From assembly GCF_000142905.1 (NCBI RefSeq), contig NW_013657677.1, positions 248,001 to 312,000 of the forward strand: a DNA stretch of 64,000 nucleotides, read 5' to 3'. The stretch is from Thecamonas trahens ATCC 50062 (taxonomy: Eukaryota; Protista; Apusomonadida). Position numbers and translations under genes: made by a program. The notes below the pieces were generated by a model. It worked only from the letters and a program-made list of their open reading frames with translations, had not been told where the DNA came from and did not search any database. Numbering within the stretch: the stretch's first letter is position 1; every line of letters begins with the position of its first letter. Positions 1 through 11,819 of the stretch are shown one piece after another.

Positions 1-117
1 CGTGACCAAGCCTCCTCCCCATTCCCCCTCCCCCTCCCTCCCTCCCCCCCCTCCTACTCTTCGCCTCTTTGCTATCACTCCACTCTCGCACCTCACCCTT
101 TGTGAGTGTGGTCAGAT

Positions 118-3100
118 ATGCAGAGCCTAGAGGTGGAACCACATGGCGCCGAGGACAAGGTCGGCAGGGCGGCGTTTGGGTCGTGGCGTGCCCAGAGCAG
201 GTTCCTGGTCGGACATACCTGCGCCACGGTCTGCTCGTCCAAGCTCAACTACTGCTTGGGATTTTCGGCATGTATGTTGGTGGTCTTTGTCTCGGCGGTT
301 GTCATGTCGGTCCTCTCTAATGCACCTGTCGTCTTTCTCCGCCTCTCTGAGGCAGAGGTGGGAGAGATTGATCTGCAGCTGGTCTCGGCGGGCTGGACTG
401 GCGCATCGCTGCTCAACTACACCACAGTCAAGGAAGACTCGCTGAGCTCTGCCATCGGCGAAGCGTACACCTTTCACTCGCCACGAGTCAAGTTCCAGGC
501 CGACATCATGGCCCTCTCCGACTGCCACCCACGTGCTGCTGCTGCCGCAGCTGCCAGCGCCCGCCATCCGTTTCCCTCGCAGTGGAGCTACGAGCCGAGC
601 TCGCTCACCGCCCCAGTCTGCAACGACGAAGCCATCGAAGCCATCGATCCCGGGCGCAAGCCCGGGCCCGACGGCGTTGTCCGGCGCGATCCGGCCAAGA
701 CCTGTCTCCAGGTCCTCTGCTCGTCCGAGTACACCCCGCTCACCCAGGCCTCTGTCTACGCCATTGACTCGGCGGCCGAGGTGCGGATGGGGCTTGGACG
801 TGCGTACACCTTTGGCGTCATTCCGCCGTCGTCGGTCCTCCTCCACAAGAACCTCGCCACCATCCTCGGCGTGAGTGTTGGCGACACCACGTACGTCTCG
901 CTCTCGGTCCGGACCCAGGCGCAGCCCAACTCGGTCTTCCGCCACTTTTTTCAGACTCTTGTCGACGACGACACCGCCGCCCGAGACGCCTTTCTCAACT
1001 CGACGGCGTACACCAACGCTTCGGAGCCGTGGACCTCGTCCGATCTCGCGAACGCCTTTCCCTACGCCGAGGGCAAGTACCGCCTCCCGTGGGCCTTCCG
1101 CATCAACCTCCCGCTCACCGTCGCCGGCATTCTCCCGTCGTCGCTCGGCAAGTTTGCGGCGTCAGACACACAAGCTGCGCTTGTCGAACTCGGCACACTT
1201 GCCACAGCGCTCGCTGACGCGCTCAACGCCAACACCACCGAGCTTCAGGATGTGCGCTCCATGCTGGGCGCCTCCAGCATGGCCGAGTTTGCGTCGGAGA
1301 TCAACGTCAACCTCCCGCCGCCGCGCATCGACCCGTACCTCTCGTCCGACTTTGACACCATCCAGAAGAACGTGCTTCGCTTCACGTCCAAGGTTGTCTA
1401 CGCGCTCGGCTTCAACCAACTCGACGCCGACGAGCCAATTGTTGAGAATCTGCGGGCAACTCGTTTCTTCTCGCTCTTCCTCGGCCTCATCCTCAACATT
1501 GTCATCTTTATTCTCTCGGGCCTTTCAGTTCTCCTCATTTACTCGCTGCTCATGGTCAATGTGGAGACGCGGACGTTCGAGATGGGCACCATGCGCATGC
1601 TCGGCATGACCAAGGCCGGTGTCGTCCAGCTCTTTCTCCTGCAGGCCTTTGCCTACGCCCTTCCCGCCTATGTCGTCGGCATGGGCGTCTCGCAGCTCGC
1701 CTTTTACCTCCTTGCCAACCTCTTCGAGTCGTCGACCGACGTCTCCATCTCGCCGTGGCTCTCGCCGGCAGGCATCATCCTCGCCACCGTCCTCGGTCTC
1801 ACCATTCCGGTCATTTCGGCACTGGCGCCCATCCGCACCGCCCTCGGCGTCTCGCTCGTCGCTGCTCTCCAGGTCTCCCGCTCCAAGCAGTCTGCGGTCA
1901 AGATCTCGCTCGAGCGCAACGAGGACGGCAAGGTCTCGTGGGCACTGGTTGTCACAGGCTCCACCCTTGCTGTCTTTGGCTTCCTCGTCTACTACCTCCT
2001 CCCGCTCGCGCTGCTCTCGTTCAACCTCACCCTCCTCCTCAACATCTTCTTTGGTCTCCTCATCGGCATGCTCCTCGGCCTCGCCCTCCTCGCGCTCAAC
2101 TTTCAGCACATGATCGAGCGCCTCCTGGTCTTTTCCTCCTCTCGTGGTGGGAGTCGTCGGCCGTCACCGTTGTCGTCGTCAAGAACCTCATCGCCCACAA
2201 GCTGCGCAACCGCAAGACGACCCTCATGTACTCGGTCTCGCTCGCCGTCATCATCTTTATCTCGGTCTCGTTCTCGCTTCAAATCCAGACCTTTGTCTAC
2301 TCGGTCCGCCAGGCCCGCGGCGCCCGCATGACGGTCGATGCGCCGCAGGTTGACCGCCTCGGTGAGCTCGAGATCATCCTCGAGGCCTCGCCTATTGTCC
2401 GTGACTGGGCCTACTCCTCGGTAGCCCTTCACGACGCGAAGGTCTACCTCGACCAGACCAAAGTCACCAATCTAGGCCGGGTATTCGAGGCAGAGACTGA
2501 TGTCTACGCAGTCTCGCCCAACTTTTACGACGTTGTCTTTGACGGTTTCCTCAACGTCGGCACCGTCCGCAATGGCTACAAGCGCCAGTCGCTCTCGGAG
2601 CTGCTACACACGCCCGCCGGCTCCGGCATGGCCCTCGCTCCGACCACTTACCGCCAGTCGCTTGCCTTTTCCTCCATCGGCGACGCCTGGTCGCTCCTCT
2701 GCCAGTTCATCACGCCTGTCGGCGACGCCGAGTACCGGCTCCAGCTCCGGACGCTCGCATTTGTCGACTCGTCGCCAGTCTTCCGCTTCTCCAAGTTCCC
2801 CAGCGTTGCCGGCCTCGACATCATCGTCTCGTTTCCGACCTTCCGCCGTCTGCTCGAGCAGATCGGCGGTGACGAGGCCAACTCGGTCTCACTTGACGAC
2901 GTGCCCATCGAAACGGTGTACCTCTCCATCTCAGAGAACGTCGGCGACGACGAGCTCGACCAGTTGCTCTTTGACCTGCGCAATTTTGACGTTTCAGACC
3001 TGCGCTCTGAAGTCGACGCCCTCGACGCTGCCGAGCTGGTCCTCAACTACTTTTTCATCTTTACCACCGTCATGGCCATGTGGATCTCGTACTTTTCGCT

Positions 3101-3443
3101 GGTCTCGTCCATGGCCTCCAACATCTACGAGTCGTCCAAGGAAATTGCCGTCCTTCGTGCCCTCGGCGCCACCCGCGGCCAGGTCCGGCGCATTTACGTT
3201 TACGAAGCCTTTGTCCTCGTGCTCTCCGCCGCGCTGACCGGCGTCTTCATTGGCACCTTTGTCGGGTGGACCATGCTCCTCCAGCGCACACTCTTTGTCC
3301 AGCTCCCGGTCCCGTTTGTCTTTCCTACCACCATCCTCATCGTTGTCTTTGTTGTCGCCATCCTCTCCGCGCTTTCAGCCGCGGCACTCCCGGCCACCCG
3401 CCTTCTCCGCAAGTCGATTGTTGAGATCATGCGCATGCAGTGA
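118..3443 (+). CDS. FtsX/MacB-like ABC permease-family membrane protein (two FtsX-type TM modules); one -1 frame break at T-run 2131-2134
   Basis: ORF 106..2331 and ORF 1755..3443 join as ...ERLLVF/FLLSWWESSAV... if one T is added. Both halves carry the FtsX signature (VETRTFEMGTMRMLGMTK; ESSKEIAVLRALGATRGQV) followed by three TM helices. First ATG at 118. Confidence 0.85.
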
Positions 3444-3454
3444 GCAGGAGCCAT

Positions 3455-6400
3455 CTACAGCTCGGCTACAACAATCCGGGATCGTTCCGCCTGCGGCAGT
3501 GCCTGCTGCGTGGCAGTCACGAGTTCACAGCCTGCGTCGACCACAATCGTCTGTGGATACGCCTTGCTGCTCAGCACCATGCCCAACATTGTCCTGTGCA
3601 CCACCTCGTCGGATCCAGCGACGAGCGGATTGTCGCGGACGTCGAGCCGGATGAGGTTGGGCGGGAGGCGGGCGAGGAGGTCCGGAAGCGAGCACAGCTC
3701 GTTGCCCGAGATGTCAAGCGCTGTCACGCTCTCGGCACGCTGCAGCAGCGGCGCAAGCGCGGCTAGCCCGCGCCCGTCGAGTCGATTGCTGGCAAGGTCG
3801 AGCGTGTGGAGTGTGTGCGGGAGCTCGAGCCCTGACCCGAGCTCCTCAAAGGCACGCTCGTCGGCGTCGGTGGCACTCCTGCCAAACGGTGGGGTGAAGC
3901 TCGGGGCCAACCCTGGAAGCCGCAGCGTGTTGAGTGCGGCCAGGCCCGAATCGGTGCCCGCTGCAGCAGCGAGAAGAGTCTGGAGCGCGTTGCCCAGACC
4001 CAAGACGTTAAAGCCAGCGGCGAGACTGACGAGAGCTGGTAGCCGGGCTAGCGGCTCTGCGAGCTCTGACCAAAAGTCAGGAGTAAGCGAGAGGTTGGAA
4101 AGGTCGAGCGACGTGAGCGAGGCCGACAACTGGCCCGACGCGCCGAGCGCAAAGCCGAGCGACCGTACCATCTGCGACATCACTGTCGGCCTATCGCGCA
4201 CAGCTGCAGCGTTGTGGCTGACGTCAAGCGCCGCCAGCGGCGGCCCATCTGCGGCCATGAGCGCCTTGCACAGGACCGAAAGGCCCTTTGCACCGAGAAC
4301 GTTCGAGGAGATGCTGAGCGCGCTCAGCCGAGGCAACGTTGTCACCACTGGCGCCAACCGTGTCATCGTCACGTCGCCGAGGATGTTGCCGGAGAGATCG
4401 AGTGCTGTGAGCGAGTCACGACGAGCGAGAAGAGGCAGCATGCTGCTTACTTGTGCATCGGCCAGGTTGAGATTGCTCAGATCCAGACGCGCGCCGCCGG
4501 CGTTGTCGCACTCGTGCAGTCGGGCCCTTACCTCACTCGAGCCCCCCATATACACTTCGGTGAGAGGGACGTCGGTGTAAGAGGCCACGCGGGCGGAGAG
4601 AAGCGGCGGTGGTTCGATTTGCACTACGTGTCGCAGCTCGTCGTCTGGCCACAGCTGCGCAGTCTCGAAGAAAAGCGCGCTTATGATCGGCAGCCGGCCG
4701 TGGATGGCGCGGTACCGAGTGGCGGCGAGCTCCATGGCCTCGCGGATCGAGACTGGTGATTGCGAGTCAAAGGCAAGGAGGAGCGTGTGGTTCGGGCCGG
4801 GAAACTGGATCTTGACGCGCAGCGGCGGCGGCGGGCGAGGTCCCGCAGGAGACGACTGACCGCCAACGGTGGGCTCGACTCGGTGCTCATCATCGCCGCC
4901 GTTCCCCACGTCTGAGTTTGCAACGTCGCCGTCGTCATCGCTGTAAGCATGATGGATGGGGTAGTCGTAGCTCGGCGAGAACGTTGAGATACGGATGCGA
5001 GTCTTTGGCGACTGGCGGCCGCGTGGCAGGTGGCCAGCTGGCGGTGCGATATGTTGCGGCGTGCGAGCCCGCTTGGCTGGTCGTTCCTCGCCAGACGACG
5101 ACTCCGAGTCGGCCAGCTCGGCGATGACACCGTTGACATTGGTGTGACCGCCGGTGGTGATCTGTCCGCGGCGCGGCGGGCGGCGACGCTTTGGTCGCGG
5201 TGCCTCCACTTGCGGCGGCGGCGGTGGCGTGAGATCGCGCGGAGGGCAGAGCTCATCGAGGGCGGGCACTGGCTGCGAGAGGACGCCGAGGCCGAGAGCC
5301 TGCTTGTGGCGTGCCAGCAGCGAGTCGAGCCGCGGGTGATTTGGGTTTGCAGCAAAGTAGAACTCTTCCAGATTGTTGAACACCATGTCAGCGAGCTCGA
5401 GATCACCGGCTTGGAGCGCAAGATTGAGTGCCTGGACGTGGGTGTCCTCGGTCAACTCGACACTGGCTCCGGCGTCGTCGTAGGCTACGCCGAGGTTACA
5501 GAGGGCGAGCGCGACGGCTCTGTCGCTCGAGTCAAGCGCGCGCGCAGCAGTGAGCTCAGCCTTGCGCACACGGACAACCTCGTTGTGCAAGCCGAGCTTG
5601 GAGAGTGCGGCAGCGTAGAGGTCCAGGAGCTCGGCTCCGGATGCGTGGCTGACGTGGGCAAGCGGGCCCGGCAGCGCCGCCATGTACTGCTCGGCGAGCG
5701 GGGCAGCGGCGTCACGAGCGTCGGCGTGCATGCCCAAAAACAGCAGATGGCTGAGGTAGACGAGGATGTCGGCGATGGCACCCGAGGCTGCGGCCCGCTC
5801 CTTGAGATTCGGCAGGGCTTCAGTGTAGTCACGGGCGGTCTGGACGGCGGCGTAGTTGTCGCGAGCGACGGTGACCCGCGGATGGCCGAGGTCCTTGCGG
5901 TAAACGCGCTCGGCAGCATTGCGCTCCTCGTTAAAGGCGCGGCCAGCCGAGGCGTAGTCTCGGAGCACCATGTAGCACTGGCCCATCGAGGCGTGGATGT
6001 CGGCGATGGCCAAGGCGCCCTCGGCCTTCTTCCGCTTGCCCTGTGGAGTGAAAACGACCGTGCTCGCGAGATCACGGGCCTTTTGGTACGCGACGATGGC
6101 TTGCTCCGGCCGCAGTTCGCGGTTGACGTAGCCAAACGCCGAGTAGGTGATGGAGCCGAGCGAGCAGTACTCGCCGCCGTCGTCGACTCGCCGCGGAAGC
6201 GAGGTAAAGAGCTCGACAGCTTCGGCAGCAGCAGCGATGCCAGCGTCATATCTTCCGGCCTCTGCATACGCGTTGGCCAGATCGACGAGGACCCGGATCA
6301 TGTGCTTGGCCTTTTCAGCCGCCGGGATCGTCGCCGGCGCCGGTAGAGAGCGAGCAAGTGTGAGCGCGGCCTCAAACGCAGCGAGAGCACGGGCCGACGC

Positions 6401-6865
6401 GGCCCTAGTTTCAGCGGCGGTCTCGGCTGCGTCGTACTGCGCTTGTGCCGACTTGCCCATGGCAACCGCGGCACGGAACTCTTCCAGCTCGCGACACGAC
6501 GGCTCGCCGGTGCCCGGGTCGTCAAAGACGGGCTCGAGGCCCGCGGCCGCAGCCGCGTCCGACTCGTGGCTCGCGTACGCCTTGTCAAAGTCACCCAGGG
6601 CAGCGTAAGTCGAGCCAATGGCGCGGTGAGCCCAGGCTGTGTCTAGCGGACTCGCCGCCAGCCTCAGCTGTTCTACAAAGTATGGTAGCGCTTCGCGCGG
6701 CTTGTTTCTACGGAGGTGGTGCCGGCCTGCAAAGCCGCAGTTGGCCACCTGGTCGGCCACGTTGCCCTCACGCCGCGCATTGCGCAAGTGTTGCAGAATG
6801 TTCGACAAGTTGGCCTTGTTCTGGTCCTCCAGACTGAGGTTGGCTCCGTTGTCCGGTGCCGCCAT
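3455..6865 (-). CDS. TONSL: Tonsoku-like DNA repair protein (TPR repeats - disordered linker - ubiquitin-like domain - LRRs)
   Basis: N-terminal TPRs (AWAHRAIGSTYAALGDFDKA; ALCNLGVAY). UBL segment PPLRVKIQ...ELAATRYRAIHGRLP...LSARVASYTDVPLTEVY resembles the TONSL UBL. C-terminal RNI-type LRRs (LTALDLSGNILGD). Likely start MAAPDNG at 6865. Confidence 0.8.
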   Translation of the reverse strand: MAAPDNGANLSLEDQNKANLSNILQHLRNARREGNVADQVANCGFAGRHHLRRNKPREALPYFVEQLRLAASPLDTAWAHRAIGSTYAALGDFDKAYASHESDAAAAAGLEPVFDDPGTGEPSCRELEEFRAAVAMGKSAQAQYDAAETAAETRAASARALAAFEAALTLARSLPAPATIPAAEKAKHMIRVLVDLANAYAEAGRYDAGIAAAAEAVELFTSLPRRVDDGGEYCSLGSITYSAFGYVNRELRPEQAIVAYQKARDLASTVVFTPQGKRKKAEGALAIADIHASMGQCYMVLRDYASAGRAFNEERNAAERVYRKDLGHPRVTVARDNYAAVQTARDYTEALPNLKERAAASGAIADILVYLSHLLFLGMHADARDAAAPLAEQYMAALPGPLAHVSHASGAELLDLYAAALSKLGLHNEVVRVRKAELTAARALDSSDRAVALALCNLGVAYDDAGASVELTEDTHVQALNLALQAGDLELADMVFNNLEEFYFAANPNHPRLDSLLARHKQALGLGVLSQPVPALDELCPPRDLTPPPPPQVEAPRPKRRRPPRRGQITTGGHTNVNGVIAELADSESSSGEERPAKRARTPQHIAPPAGHLPRGRQSPKTRIRISTFSPSYDYPIHHAYSDDDGDVANSDVGNGGDDEHRVEPTVGGQSSPAGPRPPPPLRVKIQFPGPNHTLLLAFDSQSPVSIREAMELAATRYRAIHGRLPIISALFFETAQLWPDDELRHVVQIEPPPLLSARVASYTDVPLTEVYMGGSSEVRARLHECDNAGGARLDLSNLNLADAQVSSMLPLLARRDSLTALDLSGNILGDVTMTRLAPVVTTLPRLSALSISSNVLGAKGLSVLCKALMAADGPPLAALDVSHNAAAVRDRPTVMSQMVRSLGFALGASGQLSASLTSLDLSNLSLTPDFWSELAEPLARLPALVSLAAGFNVLGLGNALQTLLAAAAGTDSGLAALNTLRLPGLAPSFTPPFGRSATDADERAFEELGSGLELPHTLHTLDLASNRLDGRGLAALAPLLQRAESVTALDISGNELCSLPDLLARLPPNLIRLDVRDNPLVAGSDEVVHRTMLGMVLSSKAYPQTIVVDAGCELVTATQQALPQAERSRIVVAEL

Positions 6866-7187
6866 GCCGGGCTTGTGCGCGGTGACCAGTAGCTGGCTTT
6901 GACCGTGGCCCTCTACGCGCGGGTGGAAAGTGGTGGGGAGTGGTGGTGGGAGGATTGGTGACCAAAAAGGTCGTAGTTTGGCCAACTTTGGGTTGCAAAT
7001 GTGCGACTGGCAGGTACGGAACAATGTGTCTCGAGAGGATAACGACAACGTCACCATACCCAATCTCATGATAGCTGCAGCGAGGCTTTGACGTGCGGGT
7101 ACTCTCCCGAGCTCGTGGGCAAACAGTTGGCTCGCCCCACACACTCTCCCGCATATACTCACACATCGACACTCTTCCTCTGCGCAT

Positions 7188-10100
7188 ATGTGGAGGTTGG
7201 CATGTACCATTCTCATGCTGGCGTTGGTGTCGTCGGAAGTTGCGGACGGAATGCCTGGTGTGCCATGTTGCGGTAAGCAGACTCGGCCGCGGCTCCGGAT
7301 GCATTCCTTTTACTTGGATTCATCGATCGACAACGCTTTTGCATCGATAGCGCAAGGCTTCATGGCGAGCCACAACGCCAGCTTTGACATTGACTTTGCC
7401 TCGCTGGACATGCCGCCGTCTCTTGAATCGTACCTGCATTGGGTGCTTGCGCCCGGTGCCGGAGACATTATTCCATGGTTTCCGCGTGGCGGCGGCTTCA
7501 CCATCTTTGATCGCGACCACTATGTGCCGCTCGACGATGTTTGGGACGAGGCCGAGCTGGCGGCAGACGTACCGGATACTGTCCTACAAGGCTGTCGCGG
7601 GGATGACGGCTCGATGTACGCTGTCCCGGTTGTGGCCGAGAACCAGATCTGCACGATGCGGCGGTCGACCATGACCGGGGCTGGCCTCGCGGCCACGCCT
7701 CCAGCAACGTGGGCAGAGCTGCTCTCTTTGTGTCACTCTCTGCTCGACCGCGGCATGGCGTGCCTGGCGACAGATATGGAAGTATTCCCGGCATCGATCA
7801 TGCTCGACTACCTCCTGGTCCGCATGCACGGCCTCGAGTTTTACAACCAGTTTTCAAATGGCCATGTCTCGTTCATCGACTCGCGCATCCTCGCATCCCT
7901 TGACGAGTACTCTGTCCTTCTCGAGCGCGGCTACTTTATGCCAAAGCCGGGCTCAAATCGCACGCTCATGGCCAGTTATCTGGACTTTGTCTCGGGCGAC
8001 GTGGCCATCATGTGTGGCATCGAAACTGCGGTGAGCTTTGTCATCGAGTCCGGCGTGCGCGAGGACGACCTGGTAGTGTTTGCCTTTCCTGCCTACGACG
8101 GTGTGCTGGCCAGCCTCGCGGAGTCGGACATGAGCCTTCTTGCCTTTCTGGGCACCCTTGCCATCCCCAAAGGATCGCTCTACGTCGAAGAGGCGAAGGA
8201 GCTGATGCGTTACGCGGCGTCGCCGGCCGCAACCAACGCCTCACTACCGGCCATGACGTCTGGCTTTCCTGTCCGGTACTCGACGGCGGCGCTAATCCCG
8301 CACGAGCGCGGCCGGATCGGCTTTGAGCTCCTTGCCGCCGGCCAGGGCCGGGCGCCTCAGCCGTCGCGATCAGTTTTTCAGGAGGTCGAGCTCACACGGG
8401 CGTGGAATGCCTTTCTTCATCACTTTAATAGGGCAACATCGGATGAAGAGCGGGCGAGCTATCGGACCGAACTCCTTGCGCTAGCCGAGGCCTCCCGTGT
8501 CGCGCTTGTGCTCGGCAAGACGGCCGTGCCGATTGCCAACCCGCCCGCTGGTGTCTACACCACGGCGATAGTACTCGAGCTCAAGTCGCTAACGCCCGAC
8601 GCGTCCATCTTCTACACACTCGATGGTACTGCTCCACATCTCGGCTCAATCACCTATGACGCACCTATTGCTCTCGAGAGCGACGGCCGGACGGAAGTCC
8701 GTGCCTTTGCGGTTGCCTTTGGTCTCCATGCCTCGGATGAGCTGCGCACTGTCATTGTCATCGAGCACGCCCGGTCGGCACAGACCAATTCCTCACCTTC
8801 GACCGGAGTCTCTTCTGCCCTCATCGCCACCATCTGCGTAGCTACCGCCTTTGTTCTTGCAGTGGCGATCATCGTGACCGGTGTCTATGTCCGCAAGCGC
8901 AAGATTCATGTCTACGCTGTCGGCTCGTCGTCGCAGCTGATCATCCCAGCTGGCGCCGTGACGATGGGCGAGGAGATTGGCGCCGGAGCCTTTGGCACCG
9001 TGTACGAGGCCGAATGGCGAGCCATGAATGTTGCAGTCAAGCGGCCGAGCTCGGTCATCACATCCAACGATGTACAGGCCTTTGCCGAAGAGGCTGACAT
9101 TCTCCTCCGCTTGCGGCACCCGAACATTGTCATCTTTATGGGTATTGTGCTCAAGCCGCCCGGCATTGTCACTGAGTTTATGAGCCGCGGCTCGATGTAT
9201 GCCGTCCTGCACACCTCTGCGCTCTCGCTCGACCCGTCGATCATCCTCAAGTGGTCGCACAATGTGGCGCAGGGACTGGCGTATCTGGCCGAAGCTGATG
9301 TGGTCCATGGTGATTTCAAGTCGCTCAACGTCCTATTTGATGTCAACTGGGTGCCCAAGATCTGCGACTTTGGCATGTCTGCGCTGCGACCCAAGCTTGT
9401 TGCCATTGCTGGTGTCAGTGGTGCGGACTCCCCAACGCACTCTCAAGACATCTCATCATCTCTCGGCTCGCTTGTCCGCGGTATGCACAAGTCGGAAATG
9501 ACGGCCGCCTCGCGAGCACCGTCGAGCGGCACTCGCGGTGGAGAGTCTGACCCGTTCGTGGCAGTCTCGATGGCCAAGATCGGTACGCTCTACTGGGCGG
9601 CGCCAGAGATTCTGAAAAGTGGCGCGTGTGCCCTCGGACCGCCCTGCGACGCATACTCGCTCGGAATCACTCTCTGGGAGTTGGCTACCCGCAAGGATCT
9701 GTATGCGAGCGAGAATCCCCTCGCAGTTGCGCTTGACGTCATCGATGGACGGCGACCCGACTTGTCCCACGTTCCGCCGGGCCTCATCGGCATGTCTGCC
9801 GTCATGCAATCGCTGTGGCGATCTGCGCCGGACCAGCGGATCCGGCCGCGTGATGCCGCATCCATGATCGGCAAGCTCTACTCGCCCGAACACATTGTGT
9901 ATCCGCGGAGCGACAGCTCGGGCGAACACACCATCTTTGTTCACTGCGAGCTGCGTGACGCCATGGCTCGCTTCTGCCACGGCGAGAACAACGCGTTTAG
10001 AAGGTCCAAACCTTCCACAGCCGCATCGGCTCGCTCGCTGGCAAAGTTGACGGCGAGGTTCGAGAGTGGGGCTTTGGCTGGGTCAACATTGGTGTAGCGG

Positions 10101-11704
10101 GCCCGGCCAACTTTGTCGAGCTCACCTCGCACATCACCGTGCTCGAGGGCGGGACCGGTCCTATCACCGTTCTCGCCGTCTACTGTTCGCCGCCAGCTAC
10201 CGCTGCGAGAGGGACGTCCTCGGGTCACGGATCGGGCACGGGCTCTAGCGCTGAGGCAGGGAGTAGTCCTGTGAGGATGACCATGGCGGCCAATGCCTCG
10301 TCAGACGCAATGTCTAACGTGTCATCCACGTTGACAAATGGCGCGCGTATCGAGACAGCCATTTTTGAGCTGCACACGCTGTGGGAGCATGTCTTTGGCC
10401 TCATCGGCGCATCGTCTATCAGCCGCAACCGTGCCGAGATGGAGCGCAGTTTCCAGAGCCGGCTTTCCCGAACCTGGGATGCTGCCACTCCAGGCGGCGT
10501 TTTCGTTGCACCAGGCCTCGCCGTTGAGCTCGAGGCGTCCACTACAGCACACATCGAAGCTGTTCCCGGCTTGGACGGCGAGTCGAAAGCGCCACCGCGC
10601 GTTTTCCAATTCATTCGCCCGCACGACGTCGCCTTGCGCCACGAGCCAGCCACGGCTCACTTGCGCAAGCCAGCCGAGCTGGCGGAGGCCGCTCTTCTCA
10701 ATGCTGTCGAGAACAATAGCCCACGATCCAGCCGCGCAGAGCCGGCGCCCGCCGGATCAGGCATTGAGCTCCTCACCGCCGACGATATGAGCAACCTGAT
10801 GGCGCAGCTCGGACCGACCCACGTTGGGAGTGTGGCCAAGTCACACATCGCCGACTGTGCAGTCGACTCTGTCCACGGCGTCGCGGCGATGGGCAACGCA
10901 CGGCGGGTCCGAGTCAAGGTTCTCCTTCGGCAGGACATGGCGTTGGCGTCTCAACTCGTCAACTTTGGTCTCGCTTGCGTTTCCAGCTGGAAATGCTCTC
11001 GCGAGACACCGCATCTGGTCGGGCCTCTCGCCATCTGCCTCCAGACGCCGCACGTCGGCTTTGTCCTCCCGCAGTTCAGCGACGGCAGCGTCCGTGACGT
11101 CATGTCGCCGCAGCTGTCGACAATCGAAGTCCGATCGCTAGCGGAGGGAATGGCGCTGGCAGCAGCTGAGCTGCACGCCATCGTCGAACACGGCCATGGC
11201 GCGCTGCGTCCGTCCAACTTTCTGGTCACCAAGCGGCCTGACAGCTCGGAGTCGCCTTTGGTCGCCACCGGATGGGATGTTGCGCTTGTCGACTACGGCT
11301 TTGAATCGCTGCAATCCGCCGTCGGCACCCTGACCGCCGTACCGGATGCCTACTACATGTCGCCCGAGGACATGGCCGGTGTCATACTCTCCCGTGCAGG
11401 CGATGTCTTTGTCCTTGGCTCGATCCTCTTTGAGCTTTTCGCCGCTCGGCCAGCCTTTATCGGCCCATCCCCTCTCAAGGTCTCTTACGACATCCGCACC
11501 GGCTTTCGGCCAGACGTCTCGGCCTTTGATGTCCCCTCCACCGCCGTCCGTCATATCATTGAGCAATGCTGGTCAACCAACGCTGTCGCCAGACCCACTG
11601 CAGCCGAGGTCTACTCGCTCTTATCGACACTCTCGCTCTCAGACTTTGCCATCTCGGCTGGTACCACCTCGCTGCGCTACGGCTCGAACGGCAACGGCAG
11701 ATAA
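7188..11704 (+). CDS. Receptor-like TKL kinase: signal peptide - ABC-type solute-binding domain - Fn3-associated/CHB_HEX_C-like domain - TM - kinase - degenerate cyclase-like segment - pseudokinase; -1 frame break near 10001
   Basis: Signal peptide MWRLACTILMLALVSS. SBP motif DGSMYAVPV...PPATWAELL. IFYTLDGTAP motif. TM ALIATICVATAFVLAVAIIVTGVYV. Kinase motifs IGAGAFGTVY, VAVK, HGDFKSLNVL, CDFG, WAAPE. The second kinase has HGALRPSN/DYGF with no catalytic Asp. The downstream frame is open from 10001 to 11704. Confidence 0.85.
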
Positions 11705-11718
11705 CCCAAAAAGGTACG

Positions 11719-11767
11719 GTCGTTCGGACGAGTTGTCGCGCGTCTCAAAGTGAACAACTCGATGATG
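11719..11767 (+). promoter_or_regulatory. Putative 3'-UTR stem-loop element, copy 1
   Basis: CGAGTTG-TCGC-[GCGTCTCAAA]-GTGA-A-CAACTCG hairpin at 11729-11761. 31/38 ungapped identity with 42422-42459. Confidence 0.55.
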
Positions 11768-11819
11768 CTCGACTTCCAGATCACCGGCCGACGCTGCGCA
11801 ACGCCTGCTTGGCCTGTGG

